DNA of 64,000 nt from Gaiellales bacterium. GTDB taxonomy: Bacteria; Actinomycetota; Thermoleophilia; Gaiellales; Gaiellaceae. This document shows, in pieces, positions 7,933 through 17,593 of the stretch. Each line of letters opens with the position of its first letter. Position 1 is the stretch's first letter. A model generated the notes under the pieces. That model did no database searches and was not told the origin of the DNA. It saw nothing but the letters and a program-made list of their open reading frames with translations. The stretch is taken from NCBI GenBank assembly GCA_038253005.1, contig JBBSHO010000002.1, forward strand, positions 9,568 to 73,567. The letters run 5' to 3'. Position numbers and translations under genes: made by a program.

Positions 7933-8868
7933 CTAGCTCGACCTCGCGACCGGGACAGCCGCCTCCTCGAGCAGGCCGCGCAGCATCTGGGCGTTCGTCG
8001 CCGCTTGCGAGACCCGCCCACCGCGGCCGTCGTCGCTCGTCGCGTTGTTGTTGAAGAACGCGAACGCCTGCTCGGCCCGGCCCGCCAGCTCCCGCAACTG
8101 CGGAACCCATTCGCGCAGCTCCTCGTCTGCGTACAGGTAGTCGAAGCGCTCGGCGGCGCTTCCGCCACGCTTGTTCCACGTCCCGGCGTTCCGGCCGTGG
8201 AAGCGGACGTAGAGCGTCGGACTCGTCAGAGCGAGGACCGTCGGCGCCACGTTCTCGGCGCCCTCGATGCGGGGCGAGTCGACGATCACGTGCGTGGCGC
8301 GCAGCTCTTCCAGGAGGCCGAGGGTCTCGGCCCGCCGCCCTTCCTCCAGCCAGCCGACGTGCCGGAACTCGAGCAGCAGCTCGTCGGCCCCGAGTTGCTC
8401 GCGCACCCAGCGGAGGTACTCGAAGGACGCGGGTTTCGGGACGACGTACGGCGGGAGCTGGAAGAGGATCCCGCCGAGCTTGCCGGCCGAGCGCAGCGGC
8501 TCGAGCGCTTCCAGGAAGCGCCGGAAGACCTCGGCTCGGAACTCGCGCGGCGGCCGGTCGACCCGGCCGCGCGCGTCGGTCGGCACGCCCTCGCGCAGGT
8601 CGGGCGGGAGCTGCTCGAGCTTGACCGGATGCCTCGTCATGAGCCCGAAGGCCTTCACGTGCATGACGAAGCCCGGCGGCGTCCGCTCGGCCCAGCGCGC
8701 CACCATCTCCTCGCCCGGGACGCGGTAGTAGGTGGAGTCGACCTCGACGGTGTCGAAATGACGCGCGTAGTAGGCGAGCCGCTCACCGGCCGGCGTGCCC
8801 GGCGGGTACCAGTGCTTCGAGAGCGCCTCGTCCGCCCAGCTGCACGTTCCCACGCGGACCGGCGCCAT
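7933..8868 (-). CDS. DUF72 family protein (YecE-like)
   Basis: It has the typical N-terminus GTCSWADE...WYP...LAYYARHFDTVEVDSTYY. TATCCT lies 6 nt upstream of the ATG. Confidence 0.8.
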   Translation of the reverse strand: MAPVRVGTCSWADEALSKHWYPPGTPAGERLAYYARHFDTVEVDSTYYRVPGEEMVARWAERTPPGFVMHVKAFGLMTRHPVKLEQLPPDLREGVPTDARGRVDRPPREFRAEVFRRFLEALEPLRSAGKLGGILFQLPPYVVPKPASFEYLRWVREQLGADELLLEFRHVGWLEEGRRAETLGLLEELRATHVIVDSPRIEGAENVAPTVLALTSPTLYVRFHGRNAGTWNKRGGSAAERFDYLYADEELREWVPQLRELAGRAEQAFAFFNNNATSDDGRGGRVSQAATNAQMLRGLLEEAAVPVARSS

Positions 8869-8881
8869 CCGTCCAGGATAC

Positions 8882-8909
8882 GAGACGAGGCCCCGAAGGG
8901 CCCCGTCTC
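8882..8909 (-). terminator. GC-rich hairpin (about 12 bp plus one mismatch, UUCG loop on the minus-strand RNA) after the secreted-protein gene
   Basis: GAGACGGGGCCC-UUCG-GGGCCUCGUCUC read on the minus strand. There is no U-tract. Confidence 0.55.
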
Positions 8910-8931
8910 GAACGGCCGATGCGCCGGGACG

Positions 8932-9951
8932 CTAGAGCCGGATCTTGATCTTCCTGCTGACCGCCGTGAAGCCGCCGGCGGTCGCGCTGACGCAGCGCAC
9001 GCTCGGGAAGGTCGGGCCCGTGCAGCCGGTGGCCGTGACGTCACGGTCGCCGACCGTCGTCCGCACCTGGAACGTGGTCGTCGTTCGCTTCCTGCTCGTG
9101 TTCTTAAGCAAGATGCTGTAGGCACCGCCGGCCTTCGTCCTGGCCGAGAAGCGCGGCCTGCCGTTCAGGAGTAAGCGCGCCGTCGCGGACGCGACGGCCT
9201 GGCCGGCCTGCGTGATCGTGCCGGAGACCGCGAGCAGCCGCTTCCCCCTGCTCAGGACGCGGGTCCTGATCGTGACCGCGCCGGAGCCGACGTAGGAGCG
9301 CGTCTCGACTGAGCCGGCCGCGTTCGGCATGCCGTTGCCGGAGGCGTACGGCGTCGTCAGCGCCTTCCAGACCGTCGCGCCGGTCGCCGGAACCTGGAAC
9401 ACGCCGCTCACCTGGAAGGTCGCGTCGAGGAGCTGCGCTCCGTTCGGCGAGCGACCGGGCGAGCCCGCCGGCGTGTCGGCGGGCCCGAGGCAGACCACGA
9501 GCTTGGCGCTGCCGAAGCCCTGCTCGGGACCCTGCGTGGCGTCGACGTAGACCGGGAGGTTGATGCTCTGCCCGGCGACAGAGAGCGCGAGGATCCACAC
9601 GGCCTGGTGCTTGCCGGGGGAGCACGGGTCCGCCAGGTGCTTGTTCGGATCGTCCACGACCACGTCCCCCTGCAGCGGGAGCGCGATGCCGAGATCGCGC
9701 GCGAAGACGTTGCCCGTGGTCGTCCCGATCTTCGTCCCGGGAGCCTGGGTCGCCGTGAGCGCGTACCCGGACGGGACGTAGATCGTGATCCTCGCCGGTT
9801 GCGAATCGGACTGATCCTGGGAGATCTTGATCTTGACGGAGCCGCCCGGCTGCGAGACGGCGAGGCGCTGCGTCGCGAGCGCGCTGCTCGCGAAGGCGAG
9901 CACCCCGACGGCCGCAAGCGCGAACACCGCCAGCCTGAAAAACGTCTTCAT
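8932..9951 (-). CDS. secreted protein of unknown function
   Basis: The signal peptide is MKTFFRLAVFALAAVGVLAFASSALA. SD GGAAGGGG lies 4 nt before ATG 9951, and the GTG at 9969 in the track overlaps that SD. Confidence 0.65.
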   Translation of the reverse strand: MKTFFRLAVFALAAVGVLAFASSALATQRLAVSQPGGSVKIKISQDQSDSQPARITIYVPSGYALTATQAPGTKIGTTTGNVFARDLGIALPLQGDVVVDDPNKHLADPCSPGKHQAVWILALSVAGQSINLPVYVDATQGPEQGFGSAKLVVCLGPADTPAGSPGRSPNGAQLLDATFQVSGVFQVPATGATVWKALTTPYASGNGMPNAAGSVETRSYVGSGAVTIRTRVLSRGKRLLAVSGTITQAGQAVASATARLLLNGRPRFSARTKAGGAYSILLKNTSRKRTTTTFQVRTTVGDRDVTATGCTGPTFPSVRCVSATAGGFTAVSRKIKIRL

Positions 9952-10030
9952 AACGCCCCTTCCTTTCACGCTCTGTCGGTCGTTTCAGGTTGCTTAGACG
10001 CGGATCGTCCCCAAGTGTTGAAGCGTAGAA

Positions 10031-11218
10031 CTATCCGCGGGCGTTTACGAGCTTCCCGAAGAAGCGCCATTCCCTGCCGCTATAGCGCGCGAGCTTGACC
10101 TTCCCGATCGGGAAGTAGTCGCCCGGAGAGGTCTTGATCTCGACCCCGGGGAGGAGGAACGGATTGACCTCGTCCAGGTGCGTGGCGGCCCGTAGCAGGC
10201 TGTCCCGCGTCGGGTTCCGACCGGCGTGCTTCAGGGCGTCGACCATCGTGTAGGCGACCGCCATCCCGTAGTAGTTGTAGACGTCGTAGAAGTGCGCGTC
10301 CGGCAGCTCCTGCTGGAGGATCCTCCGGTAGAGGACGACGGCAGGATCCTTGCGCCAGAGCGAGGACGTCGGATCCTTGACGAAGGCGATCGAGACCGAG
10401 CCGGCGACCTCGCCCTTGCTGGTCGCGCCGCGGGAGATCTTCATGATGTCCGGCGAGATCGAGACCGAGCTGACGTAGAACTGCGGCCGCCACCCCAGCC
10501 GGTAGGCCCCGACATAGCCGAAGATGACGAACTTCGGCGTCGCGAACAGCATCAGCGTGTCGGCGCCGGAGGCCTTCAACCGGGCGATCTGCGAGCCGAC
10601 ATCCGTGTCGGTGACGTCGTAGGACTGGGTCGCGACGATCTTCCCCTTCCCGCCGAGTCCGCGTCGAAGGCCGCTCGCCATCTCCTTGCCGAAGTCCGAG
10701 TTCTCGTAGAGGACGGCAATCCGCGCGTGCGGCCTGGTCGCCGCGATGCGCCGCCCGTAGATCGCGCCCTCCCCGACGAAGCTCGGGAGATACCCCATCG
10801 TCCACGGGTACTTCGCGCGGTCGGAGGCGATCTTGCTCACGCCGCTGCCGACGAAGAGCTCGGGCACCTTGCGGTCGTTGAGGTAGGAGCGGATCGCGAG
10901 TGCGTGCTCGGTGCCGACGGTGTTGAAGATCGCGAAGACCTTGTCCTCCTCGACCAGCTGCCGCGTGAGCTGGACCGTCTGCGCCGGGTCGTAGCCGTCG
11001 TCGAGGTACTTGTAGACGACCCTCCGCCCGTTCACGCCGCCGTGGGCGTCCACCCAGCGGAAATAGGCGTCCGCGCCGCGGCCGACGGATCCGAACGCGG
11101 CGGCCGGGCCGCTGAGCGGCGCCGTTCCGCCGATCGTGATCGTCGTCGGCGTGACCCCGGGCGTGGATGAGCCCGCGAGCGCGAGCGCGGAGACGACCGC
11201 TGCGAGCTGGCCGATCAC
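10031..11218 (-). CDS. ABC transporter substrate-binding protein, branched-chain amino acid (LivJ/K, PBP1) family
   Basis: The C-terminal 395 aa of ORF 10031..12205 are protein-like (YLDDGYDPAQT..., NTVGT). GTG 11218 forms a GTGA overlap with the upstream stop. Confidence 0.75.
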   Translation of the reverse strand: MIGQLAAVVSALALAGSSTPGVTPTTITIGGTAPLSGPAAAFGSVGRGADAYFRWVDAHGGVNGRRVVYKYLDDGYDPAQTVQLTRQLVEEDKVFAIFNTVGTEHALAIRSYLNDRKVPELFVGSGVSKIASDRAKYPWTMGYLPSFVGEGAIYGRRIAATRPHARIAVLYENSDFGKEMASGLRRGLGGKGKIVATQSYDVTDTDVGSQIARLKASGADTLMLFATPKFVIFGYVGAYRLGWRPQFYVSSVSISPDIMKISRGATSKGEVAGSVSIAFVKDPTSSLWRKDPAVVLYRRILQQELPDAHFYDVYNYYGMAVAYTMVDALKHAGRNPTRDSLLRAATHLDEVNPFLLPGVEIKTSPGDYFPIGKVKLARYSGREWRFFGKLVNARG

Positions 11219-12660
11219 GGCGAGACGGGATGGCGCAGCGCGCTGACGGAGAGCACGACGCGCCCGATCGTCGCACGTGAGGTGTCCGGAACGGTGTTGA
11301 GGTAGACCAGATTCGCCAGGTTCTGGACGGTCGAGCGCGCGCCGATCGTCAAGCGCAGGCGCGAGCCCGCGGGGATCGGCGTGAGCTCGTCGGCGAGCCT
11401 GATCGTGACCGTGCGGGGCTTCGGCCCGAGGTCCGCGGTCGCAGCGCCTCCGTCCGCGATCAGGAGCTCCGTGCCGTTCGGCCGGATGGCGCTCAGGACG
11501 ACGACGAGGTGTTGGTAGCCGGCTCGGGAGGAGAGGGTCACACGTGCCGTCGGGGAGCCGAACGTCTCGACGCGGCCGATCCGCCGCGTCGTCCGCACGA
11601 GCCTCCCGGGCCCGGTGAGAACGCCGTGCGCGGCGAAGTCGAAGCGCAGGCGGCGGGTGGGCGGGACCGTCCCGAAGCTGATCGTCCTCCCCGTCCACGG
11701 ATCGGCAGCGATCTCGATCGGCGGCCGCTTGTCGATCCCGTTCGGGACGCCCTTCAGGAAGCGGTCGAACCAGGCGCGCGCCTCGCCCTCGTAGTGTGGG
11801 AACTCGGCGAGCGGATTCGCCGCGGGGGTGTGGCCGAGATCGCCCAGGTAGAGGCGCTTCGGCCCGCGCAGCCGCCGGAACGCGACGAGCGCCTGATCGG
11901 CGTCGAAGGCGAAGTCCCGCCGTCCCTGGAGCATCAGGGTCGGGATGCGCAGCCGGCCGAGGCGCGGCGCCGCCGAGCGCACGGCGAGAAGGTCGCGAAG
12001 CGCCGGAACGTTCCGACCGGCGAACGCGTCGGAAAGGAGGGACCTGAGGCCGGGCGCGTATCGCTCTGCGGGGATGTCCTGGGCGAAGCCGAGGACGATC
12101 CCTGCTCGCACGAGGCCGTCGGGCGCAAGCGCCTGACGGAGGTCGGTCCAGGTCGCGGCCGGGACGATCGCGGCGAACGGCACCCCGGCCGCCGCGGCGA
12201 GCCACGTCATCCCGCCGCCGTAGGAGACGCCGAACGCGCCGACGTGCTTTCCGTCGATCTCGGGGTGGCTCGTCAGCCAGTCGAAGAGCTCACGTGTATC
12301 CGCCAGCTCACGCGGGCCGTCGAGGCTGAAGAGCCCCTCCGACTCACCGTGGGCCCGCGCGTCGAAGGTCAGGACGGCGTAGCCGTTCGGCGCGAGCGAC
12401 GTCGCGGCCTCCTGGTTCATCGTCGGCAGGTCGAAGTCGGCGTCGTTGCGCGTCTTGCCGAGGCCGTGGAAGAGCATCACCGCCGGCCAGCCCCCCGCCG
12501 GAGGCGTTCCCGTCGGCTCGAAGAACGAGACCGCGATCCGGGCGCCGTCGCTCATCGTCACCTTCGTCTCGGTCTGCGTAAAGCCGCCGGCCGCCGCGCT
12601 CCCCGTCCAGCCGAGGCTCGTGAGGAGCGCGGCGCACACGAGGAGAGGCCTTCGGACCAC
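11215..12660 (-). CDS. secreted alpha/beta hydrolase, CocE/NonD (peptidase S15) family
   Basis: It has the nucleophile elbow GVSYGG and a signal-like [24 protein letters not shown]. The start is uncertain: GTG 12660 is preferred, while the ORF track extends to 12771 and would overlap the murI promoter region. Confidence 0.7.
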   Translation of the reverse strand: MVRRPLLVCAALLTSLGWTGSAAAGGFTQTETKVTMSDGARIAVSFFEPTGTPPAGGWPAVMLFHGLGKTRNDADFDLPTMNQEAATSLAPNGYAVLTFDARAHGESEGLFSLDGPRELADTRELFDWLTSHPEIDGKHVGAFGVSYGGGMTWLAAAAGVPFAAIVPAATWTDLRQALAPDGLVRAGIVLGFAQDIPAERYAPGLRSLLSDAFAGRNVPALRDLLAVRSAAPRLGRLRIPTLMLQGRRDFAFDADQALVAFRRLRGPKRLYLGDLGHTPAANPLAEFPHYEGEARAWFDRFLKGVPNGIDKRPPIEIAADPWTGRTISFGTVPPTRRLRFDFAAHGVLTGPGRLVRTTRRIGRVETFGSPTARVTLSSRAGYQHLVVVLSAIRPNGTELLIADGGAATADLGPKPRTVTIRLADELTPIPAGSRLRLTIGARSTVQNLANLVYLNTVPDTSRATIGRVVLSVSALRHPVSP

Positions 12661-12685
12661 GAGGCTGCACAGCGTAGCCCGGCGA

Positions 12686-12691
12686 TACGAT
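12686..12691 (+). promoter_or_regulatory. -10-like TACGAT, 6 nt upstream of murI GTG
   Basis: Fixed-distance TANNNT pattern. Confidence 0.5.
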
Positions 12692-12697
12692 CGCCGG

Positions 12698-13519
12698 GTG
12701 GATCCGCGTCCGGTAGGCGTCTTCGACTCGGGGATGGGCGGCCTGACCGTCCTCCACGAGTGTCTCGTCACCCTTCCGCACGAAGACTTCGTCTACCTCG
12801 GCGACGGCGCTCGGCTGCCGTACGGCCCGCGACCGCTGGAGGAGATCAGCCGGTTCGCGCACGAGATCGGGGCCTGGTTGGAAGGGCAGGGCGTGAAGCT
12901 GATCCTCGTCGCCTGCAACGCGGCCACGTCGGCGGCGCTGCCCGGGCTCCAGGAGGCCCTGTCCGTTCCGGTCGTCGGCGTGATCGCCCCCGAGGCGCAC
13001 GCCGCCGTGCAGGCGACGCGGAACCGGCGGATCGGGCTCCTGGCGACACAGGCGACGGTCGCGGCCGGCCGCTACGAGGAGCTCGTGCGGACGCTCGACG
13101 CGGGGGCGCGCCTGACCGCGGTCGCCTGCCCGCAGCTCGTGCCGCTGATCGAGAGCGGGCAGCCCTACGGCGCCGCCACGGTGGAGGCCGTCCGCGAGTA
13201 CGCCGCGCCGGTCGAGGACGCCGGCTGCGACACGGTCATCCTCGGCTGCACGCACTATCCCCTGATCCGGCCCATCCTCCAGCGCGAGTTCGGGCGCGGC
13301 GTGACGCTCGTCTTCTCGGCGGAGGAGACCGCGCGGGAGGTGGCGGAGACGCTCGGGCGGAAGGGGATCGAGAACGAGCCCGCGCGCGACGGCGCCTACC
13401 GCTTTCTCACGACCGGAGATCCGGCGCTCTTCGCCGCGCTCGGCGAGCGGTTCCTCCAGCTCCCGCTCGGCGAGGTGGAGCGCGTGACCGTGGCCGAGCT
13501 CGAGGCGGCCGCCGCGTGA
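12698..13519 (+). CDS. murI: glutamate racemase
   Basis: Motifs [18 protein letters not shown] and GCTHYP are present. The start was moved to the in-frame GTG 12698. Confidence 0.9.
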   Translation: MDPRPVGVFDSGMGGLTVLHECLVTLPHEDFVYLGDGARLPYGPRPLEEISRFAHEIGAWLEGQGVKLILVACNAATSAALPGLQEALSVPVVGVIAPEAHAAVQATRNRRIGLLATQATVAAGRYEELVRTLDAGARLTAVACPQLVPLIESGQPYGAATVEAVREYAAPVEDAGCDTVILGCTHYPLIRPILQREFGRGVTLVFSAEETAREVAETLGRKGIENEPARDGAYRFLTTGDPALFAALGERFLQLPLGEVERVTVAELEAAAA

Positions 13520-14229
13520 GCCGAAGCGACGGCCGCCGGCCGGACGACCTGCGCCCGCTCGAGCTCGAGGTGGACTACCTGGAGCAACCGCACGGCGCCG
13601 TCCTCCTCAGCCAGGGCAAGACGAAGGTGCTGTGTACGGCTTCGGTGCAGGACAGCGTCCCCCGCTGGCTCGCGCACAAGGGGCGCGGGTGGATGACCGC
13701 CGAGTACTCGCTGCTGCCGGCCTCGACCGGGGAGCGCACCGACCGGGAGGCGTCGCGCGGAAAGCAGGGCGGCCGGACGGTCGAGATCCAGCGCTTGATC
13801 GGCCGCTCGTTGCGCGCGGTGACCGACTTCGAGGCGCTCGGGGAACGCACGCTCTGGCTCGACTGCGACGTCCTCCAGGCGGACGGCGGCACGCGCTGCG
13901 CGGCGATCTCCGGCGCGTACGTCGCAGCCCGTCGCGCGCTCGACCGCTTCGGCCTGGGCCGGGCGCTGCCGGGGTCGGTCGCGGCCGTGTCGGTCGGGAT
14001 CGTAGACGGCGAGCCGTTGCTCGATCTGGACTATTCCGAGGACTCGCAGGCCGAGGTGGACATGAACGTCGTCATGACCGGCGACGGCGCCCTGATCGAG
14101 GTGCAGGCGACGGCCGAGCGGACGCCGTTCTCGCGCGCGCGGCTGGACGAGCTGCTCGAGCTCGCGGCAGGCGGGATCGAGGAGATCGCAGCGGCGCAGC
14201 TCGAGGCCGCGGAGACGGTGCGTGCATAG
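13516..14229 (+). CDS. rph: ribonuclease PH
   Basis: [20 protein letters not shown]...[10 protein letters not shown] is present. GTG 13516 forms a GTGA overlap with the murI stop. Confidence 0.9.
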   Translation: MSRSDGRRPDDLRPLELEVDYLEQPHGAVLLSQGKTKVLCTASVQDSVPRWLAHKGRGWMTAEYSLLPASTGERTDREASRGKQGGRTVEIQRLIGRSLRAVTDFEALGERTLWLDCDVLQADGGTRCAAISGAYVAARRALDRFGLGRALPGSVAAVSVGIVDGEPLLDLDYSEDSQAEVDMNVVMTGDGALIEVQATAERTPFSRARLDELLELAAGGIEEIAAAQLEAAETVRA

Positions 14230-14914
14230 CATCCCGTCCCTGAGCTGGGACGAGTCGCTCCTGCGGCTCGTGCTCGCGGCGGTGCTCGGCGGGGCGATCG
14301 GCGTCGAGCGGGAGCTGCGCGAGCGGGAGGCCGGCCTGCGGACGCACCTGCTCGTCTCGGTCGGCTCGGCGCTCTTCACGATCGTCTCCGCCTACGGGTT
14401 CCACTCGTTCCTGGCCTCGGGCGCGAGCGTCGTGCGTGCCGACCCGACACGGATCGCCGCGCAGATCGTGACCGGGATCGGCTTCCTCGGCGCGGGCGCG
14501 ATCATCCGCCAGGGCCTCTCCGTGCGCGGGCTCACGACCGCGGCGACGCTCTGGGTCGTCGCCGCGATCGGGCTGGCGTCGGGCGCCGGCTACTACAGCG
14601 CGGCCGCGATCACGACGGCGCTCGTGCTCGTATCGCTCTGGCCGCTTCGGGTCCTGGCCTTCCGGATCCTCCATCGCTTCCGGCCCGAGGACGGACGTCT
14701 GCTCGTCGAGCTGCCTGCGGGGGCGAGCCCCGGAGGTGTGGTCGACGAGGTCGAGCGGGCGGGCGCGCGAATGCGGTCGCTCGAGGTGAGCCAGGAGGGG
14801 GAGCGACGGCGGCTCGCGCTCGACGTCGAGCTGCCGCGGACGACCGGCGCGGCGCAGCTCGTCTCACGCATCGCCGAGGTGGACGACGTCGCGGAGGTGC
14901 GATGGGCGGAGTGA
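14222..14914 (+). CDS. MgtC/SapB family membrane protein with C-terminal soluble domain
   Basis: It has the MgtC signature (GAIGVERE...AGLRTH) and four or more hydrophobic helices. Confidence 0.8.
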   Translation: MHSIPSLSWDESLLRLVLAAVLGGAIGVERELREREAGLRTHLLVSVGSALFTIVSAYGFHSFLASGASVVRADPTRIAAQIVTGIGFLGAGAIIRQGLSVRGLTTAATLWVVAAIGLASGAGYYSAAAITTALVLVSLWPLRVLAFRILHRFRPEDGRLLVELPAGASPGGVVDEVERAGARMRSLEVSQEGERRRLALDVELPRTTGAAQLVSRIAEVDDVAEVRWAE

Positions 14915-15480
14915 TCGCGATCCTCGCGTCCAGGAACGAGCACAAGGCGCGCGAGCTCGAGCGGGTGCTTCCCGGCTGGACGATCGAGCTGCTGGAGGCG
15001 GACGAGACGCCGGCCGAGGACGGCGAGACGTACTACGACAACGCACGCGCGAAAGCGTGGTTCGGACGGAGTGTCGCCGGGCTCGACATGTGGATCCTCG
15101 GTGAGGACTCGGGCGTCGAGGTGGAGGGTCTCGGCGGGAAGCCCGGGATCCGCTCGGCGCGCTCGGCCGGGGACGATCCGGTCGGATGGCTCCTCGGCGA
15201 CCTCGCCGGAGTGGCGGACGAGGGGCGCCGGGCGCGCTACGTGTGCGAGCTGGTGTGCCTCTCGCCTGCGCGGGAGGAATCCCGCGGGAGCGGGGTGCTC
15301 ACCGGGAGGATCGCCGAGGCTGCGCGGGGCGGCGAGGGCTTCGGGTTCGATCCGATCTTCGTCCCGGACGGCGAGGAGCGAACGGTCGCCGAGCTCGGCG
15401 ACGCCTGGAAGTCCGGGCACTCCCATCGGGCCCGCGCGGCGCGCTCGCTGCTCGCCTCGCTCGCCCCGGCCAACCACTAG
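14902..15480 (+). CDS. rdgB: non-canonical purine NTP pyrophosphatase (RdgB/HAM1 family)
   Basis: Motifs ILASRNEHKARE, EDSGVEV and GFGFDPIF are present. SD GGAGG lies 4 nt before ATG 14902. An alternative GTG at 14911 forms a GTGA overlap. Confidence 0.85.
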   Translation: MGGVIAILASRNEHKARELERVLPGWTIELLEADETPAEDGETYYDNARAKAWFGRSVAGLDMWILGEDSGVEVEGLGGKPGIRSARSAGDDPVGWLLGDLAGVADEGRRARYVCELVCLSPAREESRGSGVLTGRIAEAARGGEGFGFDPIFVPDGEERTVAELGDAWKSGHSHRARAARSLLASLAPANH

Positions 15481-16304
15481 GCCAGGCCGGGCAGCTCTTC
15501 CACGAGCTGCTGCTCGGTGCGTCTGGCTCGCCAGAAGTTCAACTCGGCTCCGAAGACGATCACGTTCGCCATCACGTAGAGCCAGACGAGGAGCACAGCG
15601 GGCGCGCCGAAGGCGCGGAGGCCCGGGTTCAAGGCTGCGTAGCGCTGGTAGATCGGCACGACCTGGAACGTCGCCTCGAGCAGCACCGTCGCGAACACGG
15701 CGCCCGGCAGCACCTCCCGCACGGACACCTCCGCGTTTGTCAGCAGGTAGTAGACGGAGACGAGGAACACGAAGACCCCGACCAGGGAGATCGCGATCGA
15801 GAGCGCGTAGGCGGCGGGTCCGTTGCCGACGACGTGCGGCGCGTACTGCTTCAGGGCCGCAACTCCGAGCGAGCCCGCGAGCAGCGCCACGAAGAGCGTC
15901 ACGAGCGAGCCGACCATCAGCACCGAGGCGAGCCCCTTTCCGCGCAGGAACGACCGGTTCGGTCTCCCGTAGACGATGTTGAACGCCGACTCGAGCACGC
16001 TGAACAGCGAGAGCGACGTCCAAAGAAGCGCCGTCCCGCCGACGATCCCGAGCGCGGCCGCGTTGTCCTGCACCGTGTGAACGAGGCCGACGATCCGGTC
16101 GATCGGCGTCCCGGGCAGCGCGTGCTTGATCTCGCGCACGAGGAAGCTCGACTCGTCGGCCCGTCCGGTCAGCCCGAGCAGCGCGAGCGCCAGAAAGGTC
16201 AGCGGGACGAAGGAAAGGAGCGCGAAGTAGGCGATCATCGCGGCCAGGTGCGTCCCCCGGTCGGCGAAGAACTTCCGCAGGAGATCTCGCTTTCGCGTTC
16301 GCAT
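15477..16304 (-). CDS. YihY/BrkB family membrane protein
   Basis: The 275-aa polytopic ORF has the N-terminus ...LAAMIAYFALLSFVPL typical of the family. Confidence 0.8.
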   Translation of the reverse strand: MRTRKRDLLRKFFADRGTHLAAMIAYFALLSFVPLTFLALALLGLTGRADESSFLVREIKHALPGTPIDRIVGLVHTVQDNAAALGIVGGTALLWTSLSLFSVLESAFNIVYGRPNRSFLRGKGLASVLMVGSLVTLFVALLAGSLGVAALKQYAPHVVGNGPAAYALSIAISLVGVFVFLVSVYYLLTNAEVSVREVLPGAVFATVLLEATFQVVPIYQRYAALNPGLRAFGAPAVLLVWLYVMANVIVFGAELNFWRARRTEQQLVEELPGLA

Positions 16305-16332
16305 GTCGCGGGAGTATCCCTATGCTTCCGTC

Positions 16333-16782
16333 ATGGACGCCCAGCAGGCTCTCGCAGACCTGACGGAGATCTCCTCGCAGGTCGAGGCCGCGGTCATCTT
16401 CGACGAGCGAGGAAAGGTTGCGGGCTCGACGCTCGCCGACGGCCAGCGCGCCGCAGACCTCGCCGCGGCCGCCGCCGAGCTGCTCGCCGGCGCCGAGGCG
16501 GTGAAGAGCGGAAGCGACGGTCCTCTCAACCAGCTCGAGGCCGCGACGCCGGAGGGAAGCGTCTTCGTCGTGCGTGACGGGAAGACCCGCATCGCCGCCA
16601 CGACCGCAGCCGAGCCGACCGTCGGCCTCGTCTTCTACGACCTGAAGAGCGCCCTGCGCGCGGTCGTCTCGAAGCCCGCAGCGCGGGAAGAGCCGTCGCC
16701 CGCGACGAAGAAGCCCGCGCCGAAGAAGAAGCCCGCCGCCGCGAAGAAACCCGCTCCGAGGAAGAAGAAGGATGCGTCGTAG
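16333..16782 (+). CDS. Roadblock/LC7 (MglB-like) domain protein with Lys/Pro/Ala-rich basic tail
   Basis: The Roadblock-like pattern is ALADLTEISSQVEAAVIFDERGKV ... GSVFVVRDG ... VGLVFYDL, and the tail is KKPAPKKKPAAAKKPAPRKKK. ATG 16333 was chosen because TATGCT lies 6 nt upstream; the track start is 16303. Confidence 0.55.
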   Translation: MDAQQALADLTEISSQVEAAVIFDERGKVAGSTLADGQRAADLAAAAAELLAGAEAVKSGSDGPLNQLEAATPEGSVFVVRDGKTRIAATTAAEPTVGLVFYDLKSALRAVVSKPAAREEPSPATKKPAPKKKPAAAKKPAPRKKKDAS

Positions 16783-16972
16783 CTCGGCCACGCTGATCGG
16801 TGTCGCCGCCGGGATGCTCGCCGGGGGCGCCTTCATCCGGCGTCGCACGACGGCACGCGAGCGCGTCGACCTCTACTACGAGGACGGCTCGATGGTCTCG
16901 CTCACCGACGGAGCCGCCGACGCCGGTCGGCTGCTGTCGCTCGCGCGCGACGTGCTCCGCGCGGCCCGGTGA
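16772..16972 (+). CDS. small membrane-anchored protein, unknown function
   Basis: The 66-aa ORF has one hydrophobic helix (LIGVAAGMLAGGAF) and high third-position GC. It overlaps both neighbours, including a GTGA overlap with pyrE. Confidence 0.5.
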   Translation: MRRSSATLIGVAAGMLAGGAFIRRRTTARERVDLYYEDGSMVSLTDGAADAGRLLSLARDVLRAAR

Positions 16973-17526
16973 CCGACGAGGAGCTGCGCCTCGCCCTACG
17001 GGAGCACGCCTACCTCGAGGGAGACTTCCTCCTCCGCTCAGGCAAGCGCTCGCGCTACTACCTGGACAAGTACCGCTTCGAGACGCGCCCCGACGTCCTC
17101 GCCGAGCTCGGCGAGCGGATCGCCGCCGCCGCTGGCGAGTACGAGCCCGACGCGAAGCTGCTCGCCGGTCCGGAGCTCGGCGCCGTCGCGCTCGCCGCAG
17201 CCGGGTCGCTCGCCTCGGGGATCCCGTTCCTGATCGTCCGCAAGGCGGCCAAGGACTACGGCACCTCGAAGCGCGTCGAGGGCGTCTACGAGGAGGGCGA
17301 TCAGGTGTGTCTCGTCGAGGACGTCGTCACCTCCGGCGGCGCGTTGCTCGAGTCCGTCGATGCGCTCCGCGACGCCGGTCTCGTCGTGCGCACGGCCGTC
17401 TGCGTCGTCGATCGGGAGGAGGGTGGAGCCGACGCGCTCGCGCGTGCAGCGGTGCGCCTGCGCCCCCTTTTCCGGGCGAGCGAAGTGCTGGATGCTGCAA
17501 AAAGCGCAGCAAACCCGCATGGTTGA
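16969..17526 (+). CDS. pyrE: orotate phosphoribosyltransferase
   Basis: It has the PRPP-binding loop VCLVEDVVTSGGA and the family N-terminus FLLRSGKRSRYYLD. Confidence 0.9.
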   Translation: MTDEELRLALREHAYLEGDFLLRSGKRSRYYLDKYRFETRPDVLAELGERIAAAAGEYEPDAKLLAGPELGAVALAAAGSLASGIPFLIVRKAAKDYGTSKRVEGVYEEGDQVCLVEDVVTSGGALLESVDALRDAGLVVRTAVCVVDREEGGADALARAAVRLRPLFRASEVLDAAKSAANPHG

Positions 17527-17593
17527 GCGGGTCCGACGCGCCTGTTAGGGTCTTTTTCCGGTTGTTGAAACCGTCGACCAGGAGGAGAGAGAC

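Noticed and set aside
16302-16305. Head-to-head overlapping start codons (CATG) at 16303/16304, and likewise at 26379/26380.
   Set aside because: Unlike the 34485/34486 pair, one partner in each case has a better-supported downstream start (a TANNNT box at the canonical distance, or a better signal peptide). The overlap is therefore probably an artefact of longest-ORF calling.
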